From an uncultured Candidatus Rokubacteria bacterium (GTDB lineage: Bacteria > Methylomirabilota > Methylomirabilia > Rokubacteriales > CSP1-6): a stretch of 64,000 nucleotides of DNA. A model generated the notes under the pieces. That model ran no database searches. It was not told the origin of the DNA and saw only the letters and a program-made list of their open reading frames with translations. Both the position numbers and the translations under genes were made by a program. This document shows positions 39,250 to 48,646 of this stretch, in pieces (position 1 is the stretch's first letter; each line of letters opens with the position of its first letter). The stretch lies in NCBI GenBank assembly GCA_963771355.1, contig CAVYTA010000004.1, positions 128,001-192,000 of the forward strand. Reading direction: 5' to 3'.

Positions 39250-40662
39250 TCACCCGCGCGGGCGCAGACCCCCGCCCGCGAGGGCCGCGTAGACCGTGGC
39301 CGCCAGCCGCGGTAGATCGGGATCGCGGGCGCCCATGAGGAGCACGGTGTCGCCCGGCCGCGCTTCCGCCGCCACCCAGCGCACGACCTCCGCGTGGTCG
39401 GCGGCATGACCGCAGTGGAGATCGGCGGGCAGGTCGTCCGCGAGCACGCGTCCCGTCACGTCCCGGACCACGGTGCCGCCCGCGTAGTACACCTCCGCGT
39501 AACAGAAGCGGTCGGCGGGGCGCAGGATCCGCGTCAGCAGCTCGCGCAGCTCCGGGCGCAGGAAGCGCGCGGGGCCATAGCCATGCGGCTGGAACACTGC
39601 CACCACGCGCGCCCCGCCCGCCTGGGCGGTGGTGAGCGCGGCACGGATCTTCTCGCCGTTGTGCGCGTAGTCGTCCACGACCCGGATGCCGCTCGGCGTC
39701 GTGCCCACCACCTCGAAGCGCCGCGCCACGCCTGGGAAGCGCGCCAGCGAGCGGGCGATGGCCTCCGGCGCGAGGCCGAGGGCGAGGGCGACCAGGGCGG
39801 CGGCGGCCGCGTTCTCGAGATTGTGGGCACCCGGCTGCGGGATGTCGAGGGGCACGCGCCCAGCCGGCGCGTGAAGCACGCCCCGGGCCCGATGCGGGCC
39901 CACGCTCTGGATCTCGAGCCGCGCCTCCGCGTCGTTGGTGGTGCCGTAGGTCCCGGCGCCGACGGCGCGCCCCACCGCGGCGGCCTCGGGACAGGCCGTG
40001 TTGACGAGCAGCCGGCGCGCATTGCGCGCGAAGGCCTCGAACTGCGGCCGTAGCGCCGCCACCTCGCCGTGATCGCGGCTGATATTGTGGATGATGCCGA
40101 GGGCGGGCGCATAGCCGGTGAGCGTGCCGTCGGACTCGCAGGCCTCGGCGGCCACCGGTGCCGCGTCGGGGCCCGCGAGGAAGCAGCCGCTCACGCCCTC
40201 GCCCACGAGGGCGGCGCCGCCCAGCGCGGTGGCGGGGAGTCCCGCCTCGCGGGTGAGCCAGGTCACCATGCCGGTGATGGTGCTTTTCCCGCTGGTGCCC
40301 GCGATGGCCACTCCCGGCCGGCCGGCGTTCACCACTTCCGCCAGCAGCGCGGGCCGGGCCACCCGCTCGATGCCTAGCGCGCCCGCCGCGCGCATCTCGG
40401 GCGTCTCCGCCTCCACCGCGGTGGAGTAGACGAAGCGGTCGAGGCCGGCCGTCACCGCCGCCCCGTCCTGGGCCAGGAGCGTGATGCCCAGCCCACGCAG
40501 GAGGGCGGCGAGATCGCCGCTCTTGCCCTGATCGAGCGCGCGGTCGGAGCCCTGCACCGCATGGCCGCGCGCCCGCATGAGCCGCGCGAGGGGGTTCATG
40601 CCCGCGCCGGCGATGCCGGAGAAGTGGTAGCGTAGCGGGCGCGCGGGCGCGGTGGGCGTCAC
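39250..40662 (-). CDS. MurC-like Mur ligase paralog
   Basis: FSGIAGAGM, GTSGKST, EACESDG, RRFE, DDYAHN, FQPHGY. Confidence 0.85.
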   Translation of the reverse strand: MTPTAPARPLRYHFSGIAGAGMNPLARLMRARGHAVQGSDRALDQGKSGDLAALLRGLGITLLAQDGAAVTAGLDRFVYSTAVEAETPEMRAAGALGIERVARPALLAEVVNAGRPGVAIAGTSGKSTITGMVTWLTREAGLPATALGGAALVGEGVSGCFLAGPDAAPVAAEACESDGTLTGYAPALGIIHNISRDHGEVAALRPQFEAFARNARRLLVNTACPEAAAVGRAVGAGTYGTTNDAEARLEIQSVGPHRARGVLHAPAGRVPLDIPQPGAHNLENAAAAALVALALGLAPEAIARSLARFPGVARRFEVVGTTPSGIRVVDDYAHNGEKIRAALTTAQAGGARVVAVFQPHGYGPARFLRPELRELLTRILRPADRFCYAEVYYAGGTVVRDVTGRVLADDLPADLHCGHAADHAEVVRWVAAEARPGDTVLLMGARDPDLPRLAATVYAALAGGGLRPRG

Positions 40663-40768
40663 CACTCCAGGATACGACAGGGAACCCGCGCGGCAGGCGT
40701 CTGGTGATGCGCGGCCGGGGGGGCTAAGATGCGCCCGTTCCACCATCTCGCACCGGGGAGGCGCGGCC

Positions 40769-40945
40769 GTGGTCGATCGATCGGGTAGGCATCTCATGAC
40801 CGCCGGGGCCATCGTGACCATGGTGGGTCTCGGCATCATCCTGGTTCGCGAGCTGCGCCTTGCCCGCGAGTGGATTCCGGTCATCGTGGGTATCGGCCTC
40901 TTCATCGTGGGCGCCGTCCGCTATCTGACTTCGAGGCGGGACTAG
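40769..40945 (+). CDS. 58-aa two-TM hypothetical protein
   Basis: GGGGAGG RBS then GTG; two hydrophobic segments; stop 1 nt before the next start. Confidence 0.65.
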   Translation: MVDRSGRHLMTAGAIVTMVGLGIILVRELRLAREWIPVIVGIGLFIVGAVRYLTSRRD

Positions 40946-40946
40946 C

Positions 40947-42260
40947 ATGGCCCGAGCGAGCAAGGCCCCCGCCGCGTCGCCCCGGCAGGTCACTCCCGAC
41001 GCCGTGGACCCCCAGCACCGCTGGGACCGGCCCATCCAGGCGCCCGGCCACATGCAGGTGGACTTCGAGGAGCGCGTCGACTTCCGGCGGCTCCACGCCT
41101 ATCGCCTGGGGCGCACGCGGCAGGCGCTGGCCCGCTCCGAGCTGGGCGCGCTGCTGACCTTCGACCAGCACAATATCCGCTACATCTCGAGCACGGTGAT
41201 CGGGGAGTGGGCGCGTGACAAGCTCATCCGGTACTGCCTTCTCACCGGCAACGGCGAGCCCTGGGTGTGGGATTTCGGCTCGGCCGCACGTCACCATCGC
41301 CTCCACGCCCCCTGGCTCGATCCCACCCACTGCATCGCCGGCATGGTCGGCATGCGCGGCGCGGTGTCGCCCCGGGCGGGGCTGTTCGAGCGCGCCGCGC
41401 GCGAGATCAAGGACATCCTCGTGCGGGAGGGCGTGGCGGGGATGCCCCTGGGCATCGACGTGGTGGAGCCGCCCTTTCTCTTCGCGCTGCAGAAAGAGGG
41501 TATCGAGGTACGCGACGGGCAGCAGGTGATGCTGGAGGCGCGCGTCATCAAGAGCGCCGACGAGCTGACGCTGCTGAACATGGCAGCGGCCATGGGCGAC
41601 GGCGTCTACCAGGACATCTTCGAGGCGCTCAAACCCGGGGTGCGCGAGATCGAAATCGTGGCCCTGGCCAACAAGCGGCTCTACGAGATGGGCTCGGACT
41701 GCGTGGAGGCCATCAACGCCATCTCCGGCGAGCGCTGCTCGCCGCACCCGCACAACTTCACCGATCGCCTCATCCGTCCGGGCGACCAGGCGTTCTTCGA
41801 CATCATCCAGTCCTTCGTGGGCTACCGCACGTGCTACTACCGGACCTTCAGTGTGGGGCGGGCTACCGCGCCCCAGCAGTCGGCCTACAAGAAGGCACGC
41901 GAGTGGATGGACAGCGCCATCGCGCTCATCAAGCCGGGCGTGGGTACGGACCGCATCGCGAAGTGCTTCCCCCGGGCGCAGGAGATCGGCTTCGAGAGCG
42001 AGATGGCGGCCTTCGGGCTCAACTTCTGCCACGGCCTGGGTCTGGGTCTCCACGAGCGTCCCATCATCTCGCGCTTGAATTCACTGGAGGATCCGATGGA
42101 GCTCGAGGCCGGCATGGTCTTCGCGGTGGAGACTTACTGCCCCGCCTCGGACGGCATCTCCGCCGCCCGCATCGAGGAGGAGGTCATCGTGACGCCGAAG
42201 GGCGCCCAGATCATCACGCTGTTCCCCGCGGATACGCTGCCCATCGCCAACCGGTACTAG
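40947..42260 (+). CDS. M24 (Xaa-Pro peptidase/creatinase) family hydrolase
   Basis: ARVIKSADE, HGLGLGLHE, GMVFAVE, RIEE. Confidence 0.9.
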   Translation: MARASKAPAASPRQVTPDAVDPQHRWDRPIQAPGHMQVDFEERVDFRRLHAYRLGRTRQALARSELGALLTFDQHNIRYISSTVIGEWARDKLIRYCLLTGNGEPWVWDFGSAARHHRLHAPWLDPTHCIAGMVGMRGAVSPRAGLFERAAREIKDILVREGVAGMPLGIDVVEPPFLFALQKEGIEVRDGQQVMLEARVIKSADELTLLNMAAAMGDGVYQDIFEALKPGVREIEIVALANKRLYEMGSDCVEAINAISGERCSPHPHNFTDRLIRPGDQAFFDIIQSFVGYRTCYYRTFSVGRATAPQQSAYKKAREWMDSAIALIKPGVGTDRIAKCFPRAQEIGFESEMAAFGLNFCHGLGLGLHERPIISRLNSLEDPMELEAGMVFAVETYCPASDGISAARIEEEVIVTPKGAQIITLFPADTLPIANRY

Positions 42261-42267
42261 ACGCGCG

Positions 42268-43467
42268 GTGCTCGACTCCGCCGGCGCGATCTTCCGCGTC
42301 TTCCTGCGTCTCGGCCTCACCTCGTTCGGCGGGCCCATCGCGCACCTCGGCTACTTTCGCCGTGAGTTCGTCGAGCGGCGCCGGTGGCTCAGCGAGTCGG
42401 CCTACGCGGATCTCGTCGCGCTCTGCCAGTTCCTGCCGGGGCCCGCGTCCAGCCAGGTGGGCTTCGCGGTGGGGCTGTCGCGTGGCGGACTCGCCGGCGG
42501 CCTCGCCGCCTGGGCGGGGTTCACCTTGCCCTCGGCAATCGCGCTCACGCTCTTCGCCCTGGGTGCGGGCGGCATCACAGGCCCCGCCGGCCTGGGGGCG
42601 CTTCACGGGCTCAAGGTGGTCGCCGTCGCCGTCGTCGCCCAGGCGGTGTGGGGAATGGCACGCGCCCTCTGTCCCGATCGCGAGCGGGCCAGCATCGCGG
42701 TGCTGGCCACCCTCGTGGTGTTCTTCGCCGCGACGTCGGCGGGCCAGATCGGCGCCATCGTGCTGGGTGGCGTGCTCGGCCTCTGGCGGTGCCGCGACGC
42801 ACCGGGAGCGCCCACCGGTGGGCTGCCGGTGGCGGTGCCGCGCGGGGTCGCCTCGGCCTGTCTCGCCGCGTTCTTCCTGCTGCTGGTCGGACTCCCGCTC
42901 GCGGTCCGACTCGGGGCGGGGCATGCCGTCGAGGTGTTCGAGGCGTTCTATCGTGCGGGCGCGCTCGTCTTCGGGGGCGGGCACGTCGTGCTCCCGCTCC
43001 TGGAGGCGGCGGTGGTGCCGCCGGGCTGGGTGAGCGAGGGCGCGTTTCTCGCCGGCTACGGCGCCGCCCAGGCGGTGCCGGGTCCGCTCTTCACCTTCGC
43101 CGCGTATCTGGGCGCGGTGATGCGGCCGCCGCCGAACGGCTGGGCCGGGGCCGCGCTTGGTCTCATCGCGATCTTCCTGCCCGGGCTCCTGGTGGTGACG
43201 GGCGCGCTGCCGTTCTGGGACGCGTTCCGGCGCCGGACCTGGGCGCAGTCGGCCATGCGCGGCGTCAACGCTGCGGTGGTGGGCATTCTCCTGGCCGCTC
43301 TCTACAGCCCGGTCTGGACCAGCGCCGTGCTCGGCCCGCCGGACTTCGCCCTCGCGCTGGTGGCCTTCGTGCTCCTCACCGTGTGGCACGCGCCCCCCTG
43401 GATGGTGGTGGCGCTGACGGCCGCGGCGGGCGCCGCGCTCGGTCTGGGAGGAATGGGGCGAGGGTGA
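42268..43467 (+). CDS. chrA: Chromate efflux transporter
   Basis: LGLTSFGGPIAHLG, QFLPGP, FGGGHVVLPLL, AQAVPGP. Confidence 0.95.
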   Translation: MLDSAGAIFRVFLRLGLTSFGGPIAHLGYFRREFVERRRWLSESAYADLVALCQFLPGPASSQVGFAVGLSRGGLAGGLAAWAGFTLPSAIALTLFALGAGGITGPAGLGALHGLKVVAVAVVAQAVWGMARALCPDRERASIAVLATLVVFFAATSAGQIGAIVLGGVLGLWRCRDAPGAPTGGLPVAVPRGVASACLAAFFLLLVGLPLAVRLGAGHAVEVFEAFYRAGALVFGGGHVVLPLLEAAVVPPGWVSEGAFLAGYGAAQAVPGPLFTFAAYLGAVMRPPPNGWAGAALGLIAIFLPGLLVVTGALPFWDAFRRRTWAQSAMRGVNAAVVGILLAALYSPVWTSAVLGPPDFALALVAFVLLTVWHAPPWMVVALTAAAGAALGLGGMGRG

Positions 43468-43497
43468 CGGGGGCGGCCGGAAGGCCGGCCGCCCCCG
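43468..43497. terminator. Hairpin between convergent chrA and trxA
   Basis: CGGGGGCGGCCGG-AAGG-CCGGCCGCCCCCG 13-bp stem. Confidence 0.55.
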
Positions 43498-43515
43498 AGG
43501 GGTTCCGTGACTCGC

Positions 43516-43845
43516 TCAGGCGAGCGAGGTGAGCTTCTTCTGGATCTCCGGTCTCGGCACCGCGCCGATCATGGTGTCGCGCACCTTCCCGTCCTTCACG
43601 AAGAGAATGGTCGGGATGGAGCGGACCCCGAAGCGCGCGGCCAGCGCGGGATACGTGTCCACGTTCACCTTGGCCAGGGTGACCTTCCCGCCGGACGTCC
43701 GGGCCAGATCCTCGAGCACGGGCCCCACCGCGCGGCAGGGGCCGCACCACTCCGCCCAGAAATCCACCATCAGGACGCCCTCGGCGGTCGCGAAGGCCTC
43801 GTCGAAGGTCTTGTCGTCGAGATGCAGCACACTCGGATCAGTCAT
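43516..43845 (-). CDS. trxA: Thioredoxin
   Basis: DFWAEWCGPC, RSIPT; GGAGG RBS. Confidence 0.96.
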   Translation of the reverse strand: MTDPSVLHLDDKTFDEAFATAEGVLMVDFWAEWCGPCRAVGPVLEDLARTSGGKVTLAKVNVDTYPALAARFGVRSIPTILFVKDGKVRDTMIGAVPRPEIQKKLTSLA

Positions 43846-43959
43846 GGGTATCGCCTCCACGGTTGAGATGCCGGCCCCCCGGCGCCGGGTTCACGGCCGG
43901 CCGCCCCCGGCGCCGGGCGAATCGCCGACGCCGACTATCGCATCGTAAGAACAGCACCC

Positions 43960-44895
43960 CTAGGCCGGGGGCTCCGCCCCGGTGCGGTCGATGATCAGCC
44001 GGTAGTGCTCGGGGCGGCGGTGCCGCGCGAAGTTGAACACGGTCTCCTTGTAGGAGCGGGCGGCGTCGAGATCGCAGCGGGCGGTCACGAGCTCGTCCCC
44101 CAGCGTCGCGCACATCGCCACGATCTCTCCCGAGGGCGCGATGATGGCGCTCTGGCCGATCATGTCGCAGCCCTCCTCCCGGCCGCACTTGGCCACGCCC
44201 ACCACCCAGGTCGCGTTCTGGTAGGCGCCCGCCTGCATCACCAGGTGATTGTGGAAGGGGCCGAGCAGATCGTGCTCGGGGGCGGGCGGATTGTGCACCG
44301 GCGTGTTGTAGCCGAGGCAGATCAGCTCCACTCCCTGCAGGCCCATGACCCGATACGTCTCGGGCCAGCGCCGGTCATTGCAGATGCACATGCCCACGAT
44401 GCCGTCGAAGGCGCGCCACACCGGGAAGCCCAGGGTGCCCACGTCGAAGTAGCGCTTCTCGAGATGCTGGAAGGCGCGGTAGGGCTCGTGTTCCGCGTGC
44501 CCCGGGAGGTGGATCTTTCGATACTTGCCGATGAGCGATCCCCGGCGGTCCACCAGGATGGACGTGTTGTAGCGCCGGGTCCGGCCCGCTTCCTGCGTGA
44601 GCTCGGCGTAGCCGAGACAGACACCGATGCCGAGCCGCTGGGCCTCATCGAAGAGCGGGCGTGTCTCCGGGCCGGGCATCTCGCGCTCGAAGAAGGCGTC
44701 GATCTCCCCCTGGTCCTCCATCCACCAGCGGGGGAAGAAGGTGGTGAGCGCCAGCTCGGGATACACGATCAGATCGCACCCGCGGGCGTGGGCCTGGCCG
44801 AGGAGCGCGAGGAGGCGCTTGACCACCTCGCCGCGCGATTCGCTCCGCGCGATGGGCCCGAGCTGAGCGGCGCCGACGGTGAGGACGCGGGCCAT
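43960..44895 (-). CDS. N-carbamoyl-D-amino acid hydrolase (nitrilase superfamily)
   Basis: PELALTTFFPRW, KYRKIHLPGH, HLEKRYF, ICNDRRWPE. Confidence 0.93.
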   Translation of the reverse strand: MARVLTVGAAQLGPIARSESRGEVVKRLLALLGQAHARGCDLIVYPELALTTFFPRWWMEDQGEIDAFFEREMPGPETRPLFDEAQRLGIGVCLGYAELTQEAGRTRRYNTSILVDRRGSLIGKYRKIHLPGHAEHEPYRAFQHLEKRYFDVGTLGFPVWRAFDGIVGMCICNDRRWPETYRVMGLQGVELICLGYNTPVHNPPAPEHDLLGPFHNHLVMQAGAYQNATWVVGVAKCGREEGCDMIGQSAIIAPSGEIVAMCATLGDELVTARCDLDAARSYKETVFNFARHRRPEHYRLIIDRTGAEPPA

Positions 44896-45386
44896 CAGGC
44901 CACCCGCCGCGCGGCGCGCGGCGCGGTGAGGTCTGCGCGACGGTAGTCGAGGCGATGCCGGCCGCGCCGGCCGTCACGGGCCAGCAGCCGGATCAGCAGG
45001 CGCTCCAGGCCGCCCACGACCACGTCGAGGCGGCCGCACACCCACGAGCCGAGCCGCCAGCCCAGTGCCCGCCGGATCCCCGCGCGCAGTCGGTTCAGGC
45101 CCAGCGCCTCGTGGCGGTAGTCGCGGAGCCAGTCGAGCTGCCAGGGGAGACGCGGATCCGCGTCGAGCTGCCACTTCTCGCGGAAGCGGCAGAGGGTGGA
45201 CAGGTTCCACGCGTCGCTCCAGCGGAGCAGGAAGAAGCCGAGACGGCGCACCGGTCGCGGCGAGCCGGCATCCACGTACACGAGCGAGAACGGGGCGGCG
45301 GTGCGCTCGTAGAGGACGTCGAGGGCGCGCGCGGCCATGCTGAAGCGCTCGCGAGGGACGACGACCACGGTGACCGGGAGTGCCAT
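44895..45386 (-). pseudogene. Internally deleted GT2-type glycosyltransferase
   Basis: VTVVVVPRERFS..LVYVDAGSP N-terminus joined directly to FFLLRWSDAWN..FREKW C-terminus; no DxD core. Confidence 0.6.
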
Positions 45387-45512
45387 GGAGAAGCGATTGT
45401 CGCATATCCGATGCGTATAATCGCGCCATGCCCGATCCCGCGCGGCGCCACGCCTTCGAAGCCTCCGAGCCCCTGGTGCGCGCACGGGCCTCCGTCGGCT
45501 AGAATTGCCGCC

Positions 45513-46683
45513 ATGACCATCAAGGGCAAGGCCTATATCGCCGGCATCTACGAGCATCCCACTCGCAAGGCGGACGACAAGTCGCTGGCCCAGCTCCACG
45601 CCGAGGTGGCCAAGGGCGCGCTGGAAGACGCGGGGCTCACCCGCGCCGACGTGGACGGCTACTTCTGCGCCGGTGACGCGCCCGGCCTGGGCCCGCTCTC
45701 GCTGGTGGACTACATGGGGCTCCAAGGTGCGCCACATGGACACCACCGAGACCGGCGGCTCGTCCTACGTGATCCACGTGGGCCATGCCGCGGAAGCCAT
45801 CGCCGCCGGGAAGTGCAGCGTGGCGCTCATCACGCTGGCGGGCCGGCCGCGTGCGGAGGGCATGGCCACCGGCACCGCGCCCCGCAACTACGGGTCGGCG
45901 GCCCCGGATGTGCAGTTCGAGTATCCTTTCGGGCCCACGGTGGTGAACATGTACGCCATGGCCGCCCAGCGCCACATGCACGAGTTCGGCACCACCAGCG
46001 CCCAGCTCGCGTGGATCAAGGTGGCGGCCTCGCATCACGCCCAGCACAATCCCCACGCGCTCCTGCGCGAGGTGGTCACGGTGGACGAGGTGGTCAATTC
46101 GCCGATGATCGCCGACCCGCTGCACCGGCTGGACTGCTGCGTGATCACCGACGGCGGCGGCGCCCTCGTGGTGGTGTCGCCCGAGGTGGCGAAGCGGCTC
46201 CGGCGCCCGCGCGTCCGCCTGCTCGGCGCGGGAGAGGCGCCCAAGCATCAGATGGGCGGCAAGATCGACCTCACCTATACCGGCGCCGCCCGCTCGGGCG
46301 CCATGGCCTTCGCGGAGGCCGGCGTCACGCCCGCGGACATCCAGTACGTGTCCATCTACGACAGCTTCACCATCACGGTGCTGATCTGCCTGGAGGACCT
46401 CGGCTTCTGCCCCAAGGGCGGGGGCGGGCGATTCGTGGCCGACGGCAATCTGATCTCCGGCCAGGGCCGGCTGCCCTTCAATACCGATGGCGGCGGCCTC
46501 TGCAACAACCATCCCGCCAATCGCGGCGGCATGACCAAGGTGATCGAGGCGGTGCGCCAGCTCCGCGGCGAGGCGCATCCGAAGGTGCAGGTGCCGAGCT
46601 GCCGCCTGGCCCTGGCCCACGGCACCGGCGGCTCGCTCGGCACGCGGCACGGCAGCGCCACCGTCATCCTGGAGCGGGAGTAA
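45513..46683 (+). CDS. SCP2/Ltp2-like thiolase-fold protein (1 indel near 45722)
   Basis: AYIAGIYEHP, LHRLDCCVITDGGGA, IYDSFT, NTDGGGL. Confidence 0.88.
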
Positions 46684-46686
46684 GCC

Positions 46687-47091
46687 ATGGCCCCCCCCAT
46701 GGCATCTAAGGAGCGCACGTATCCCGCCCCCGAGCCCAATCCCGAGACCAAGCGTTTCTGGGAGGCGGCCGCGCAAGGCCAGCTCCTCCTCAAGAAGTGT
46801 GGAGACTGCGGCGAGGTCCACTACTATCCGCGTGCGCTGTGCCCCTTCTGCGGGAGTGACCGCACCGACTGGCAGCCGGCGTCGGGCCGGGGCACCGTCT
46901 ATTCCTGGAGCGTGATGCGGCGGGCAGAGACCCCCTACGCCATCGCTTACGTCACGCTGGACGAGGGCGTGACCATGATGACCAATATCGTGGACTGCGA
47001 TCTCGACGGCATCCGCATCGGCCAGCCGGTGCGAGTCGTGTTCAAGCCCACCGCGGGCGGACCGCCGCTGCCGGCCTTCACCCCCGCATGA
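46687..47091 (+). CDS. DUF35 zinc-ribbon/OB-fold protein
   Basis: FWEAA..G.LL..CGDCG..YPR..CPFC, SGRGTVYSW, IGQPV. Confidence 0.92.
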   Translation: MAPPMASKERTYPAPEPNPETKRFWEAAAQGQLLLKKCGDCGEVHYYPRALCPFCGSDRTDWQPASGRGTVYSWSVMRRAETPYAIAYVTLDEGVTMMTNIVDCDLDGIRIGQPVRVVFKPTAGGPPLPAFTPA

Positions 47092-47927
47092 GCGCGGCAT
47101 CACTCGTCGTCGAGCCGGTGGCCGGCGCCCTGGGCGCCGAGCTCTCCGGTGTCGATCTGACCCGGCCGCTCTCGTCCGAGACGGTGGCCGCCATCCGCCG
47201 CGCCTGGCTCGAGCACGGCGTGATCTTCTTCCGGGAGCAGGATCTGCCGCCGGCCACCTTCCTCGAGTTCGCGCGACAGTTCGGGGAGCCGATCGAGTAT
47301 CCCTTCGTGAAGGGGCTGCCCGAGCATCCCGAGATCATCCCGGTGCTCAAGCTGGCCAGCGAGCGCATCAACTTCGGCGGCCTCTGGCATTCCGACACCA
47401 CCTACCTCGACCTGCCGCCCATGGCCTCGATGCTGATCGCGCGGGAAGTGCCGCCCGCCGGCGGCGACACCCTCTTCGCCAGCATGTATCTGGCCTACGA
47501 GGCCCTCTCCGAGGGAATGAAGCGGCTCCTGGAGGGGCTGAGGGGCATCAATAGCTCCGCGAGCGCGGACGCGTCCAAGACGCGCGAGGATCGGCTGAAG
47601 GACAATGCGCGGGAGGACGCGCGCACGGAGTACGTGGCCCACCATCCCATCGTGCGCACCCATCCCGAGACCGGGCGCAGGGCGCTGTACGTCAACGTCG
47701 GGCATACGGTGGGTATCGAGGGGCTGAGCCGCGAGGAGAGCGCGCCCATCCTCGACTATCTCTTCCGCCATCAGATCCGGCCCGAGTTCACCTGTCGCTT
47801 CCGCTGGCGGCCCCGCTCCATCGCCTTCTGGGACAATCGCTGTGTGCAGCACAACGCCGTGAACGACTACCACGGGCACCGGCGTCTCATGCACCGGATC
47901 ACGCTGGGCGGCGACAAGCCCCGCTGA
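47088..47927 (+). CDS. TauD/TfdA family Fe(II)/2OG dioxygenase
   Basis: WHSDTT, GGDTLF, HPIVRTHPETG, WDNRCVQH. Confidence 0.95.
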   Translation: MSAASLVVEPVAGALGAELSGVDLTRPLSSETVAAIRRAWLEHGVIFFREQDLPPATFLEFARQFGEPIEYPFVKGLPEHPEIIPVLKLASERINFGGLWHSDTTYLDLPPMASMLIAREVPPAGGDTLFASMYLAYEALSEGMKRLLEGLRGINSSASADASKTREDRLKDNAREDARTEYVAHHPIVRTHPETGRRALYVNVGHTVGIEGLSREESAPILDYLFRHQIRPEFTCRFRWRPRSIAFWDNRCVQHNAVNDYHGHRRLMHRITLGGDKPR

Positions 47928-48029
47928 CGGCGGCGCTCCGCCCGAAGGCCGGCGGCCGCCCGGGCGGCCTTCCCTCCGTCTGTAAGCACAGTGCGACGCA
48001 ACCGCCCGCGAAATCACATCGGAAGCGCG

Positions 48030-48045
48030 TGGCACACCTCCTGCT
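48030..48045 (+). promoter_or_regulatory. Putative sigma54 promoter
   Basis: TGGCACACCTCCTGCT (GG-N10-GC). Confidence 0.6.
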
Positions 48046-48125
48046 GTCCTTGTCCCCCTGTGCCCGGCGGACTCAGGGGTCGCGGCGAATGACTGACCGC
48101 TATAGACGGTAGGAGGAGACGAGGA

Positions 48126-48611
48126 ATGGCTGAGCAGACGATCGAGCAGCTCCTGCCCGATGTGGCCGCCCGGCTTCGCGCCGGTGGCCGGGTGGCCGAT
48201 ATCGGCTGCGGGGCGTGGAAGTCGGGCATCGAGCTCGCGCAGGAGTTCCCGCGTGTCCGCGTGGACGCGGTGGACACGGACCGGGACGCCGTCGAGACAG
48301 CGAGCTGGGCGGCCGGGCGGGCCGGCGTGAGCGGCCGCCTGGTCTTTCATGTCGCGTCACCCGAGGACGCGCCGCTCACCGGTCCATACGACCTGGTGGC
48401 GGCGCTGGACGATCACGACGACCTCGCGCACTCGCTGCGCGCGCTCCGCCGCATGCGCCAGCTCGCCAGCCCCGGCGGCACGGTGCTGGTGGCGGCGGCG
48501 CGGGGGGATGCTCTGGTCGACGCCGTGTATGCCCGCGCGGCGGGCTTCAGGCAGGTGGACCTCTTGCCCGGCGCCGCCGCGACGCATCACTTCTTCCGGC
48601 TCACGCCGTAG
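48126..48611 (+). CDS. Short class I SAM-dependent methyltransferase-like protein
   Basis: VADIGCG, GPYDLV, PGGTVLV, AGF; AGGAGG RBS. Confidence 0.75.
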   Translation: MAEQTIEQLLPDVAARLRAGGRVADIGCGAWKSGIELAQEFPRVRVDAVDTDRDAVETASWAAGRAGVSGRLVFHVASPEDAPLTGPYDLVAALDDHDDLAHSLRALRRMRQLASPGGTVLVAAARGDALVDAVYARAAGFRQVDLLPGAAATHHFFRLTP

Positions 48612-48646
48612 GTGTAGTGGATCATGACCCGCAAAGGAGGTCTCCC

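Noticed and set aside
43878..43917. Two CCCGGCGCCGGG palindromes upstream of trxA
   Set aside because: Pure G/C palindromes are common at this composition; no operator evidence
45715..45730. Possible programmed frameshift in the thiolase (also at 54590)
   Set aside because: No slippery heptamer or stimulatory structure; matches the single-base insertion errors seen elsewhere
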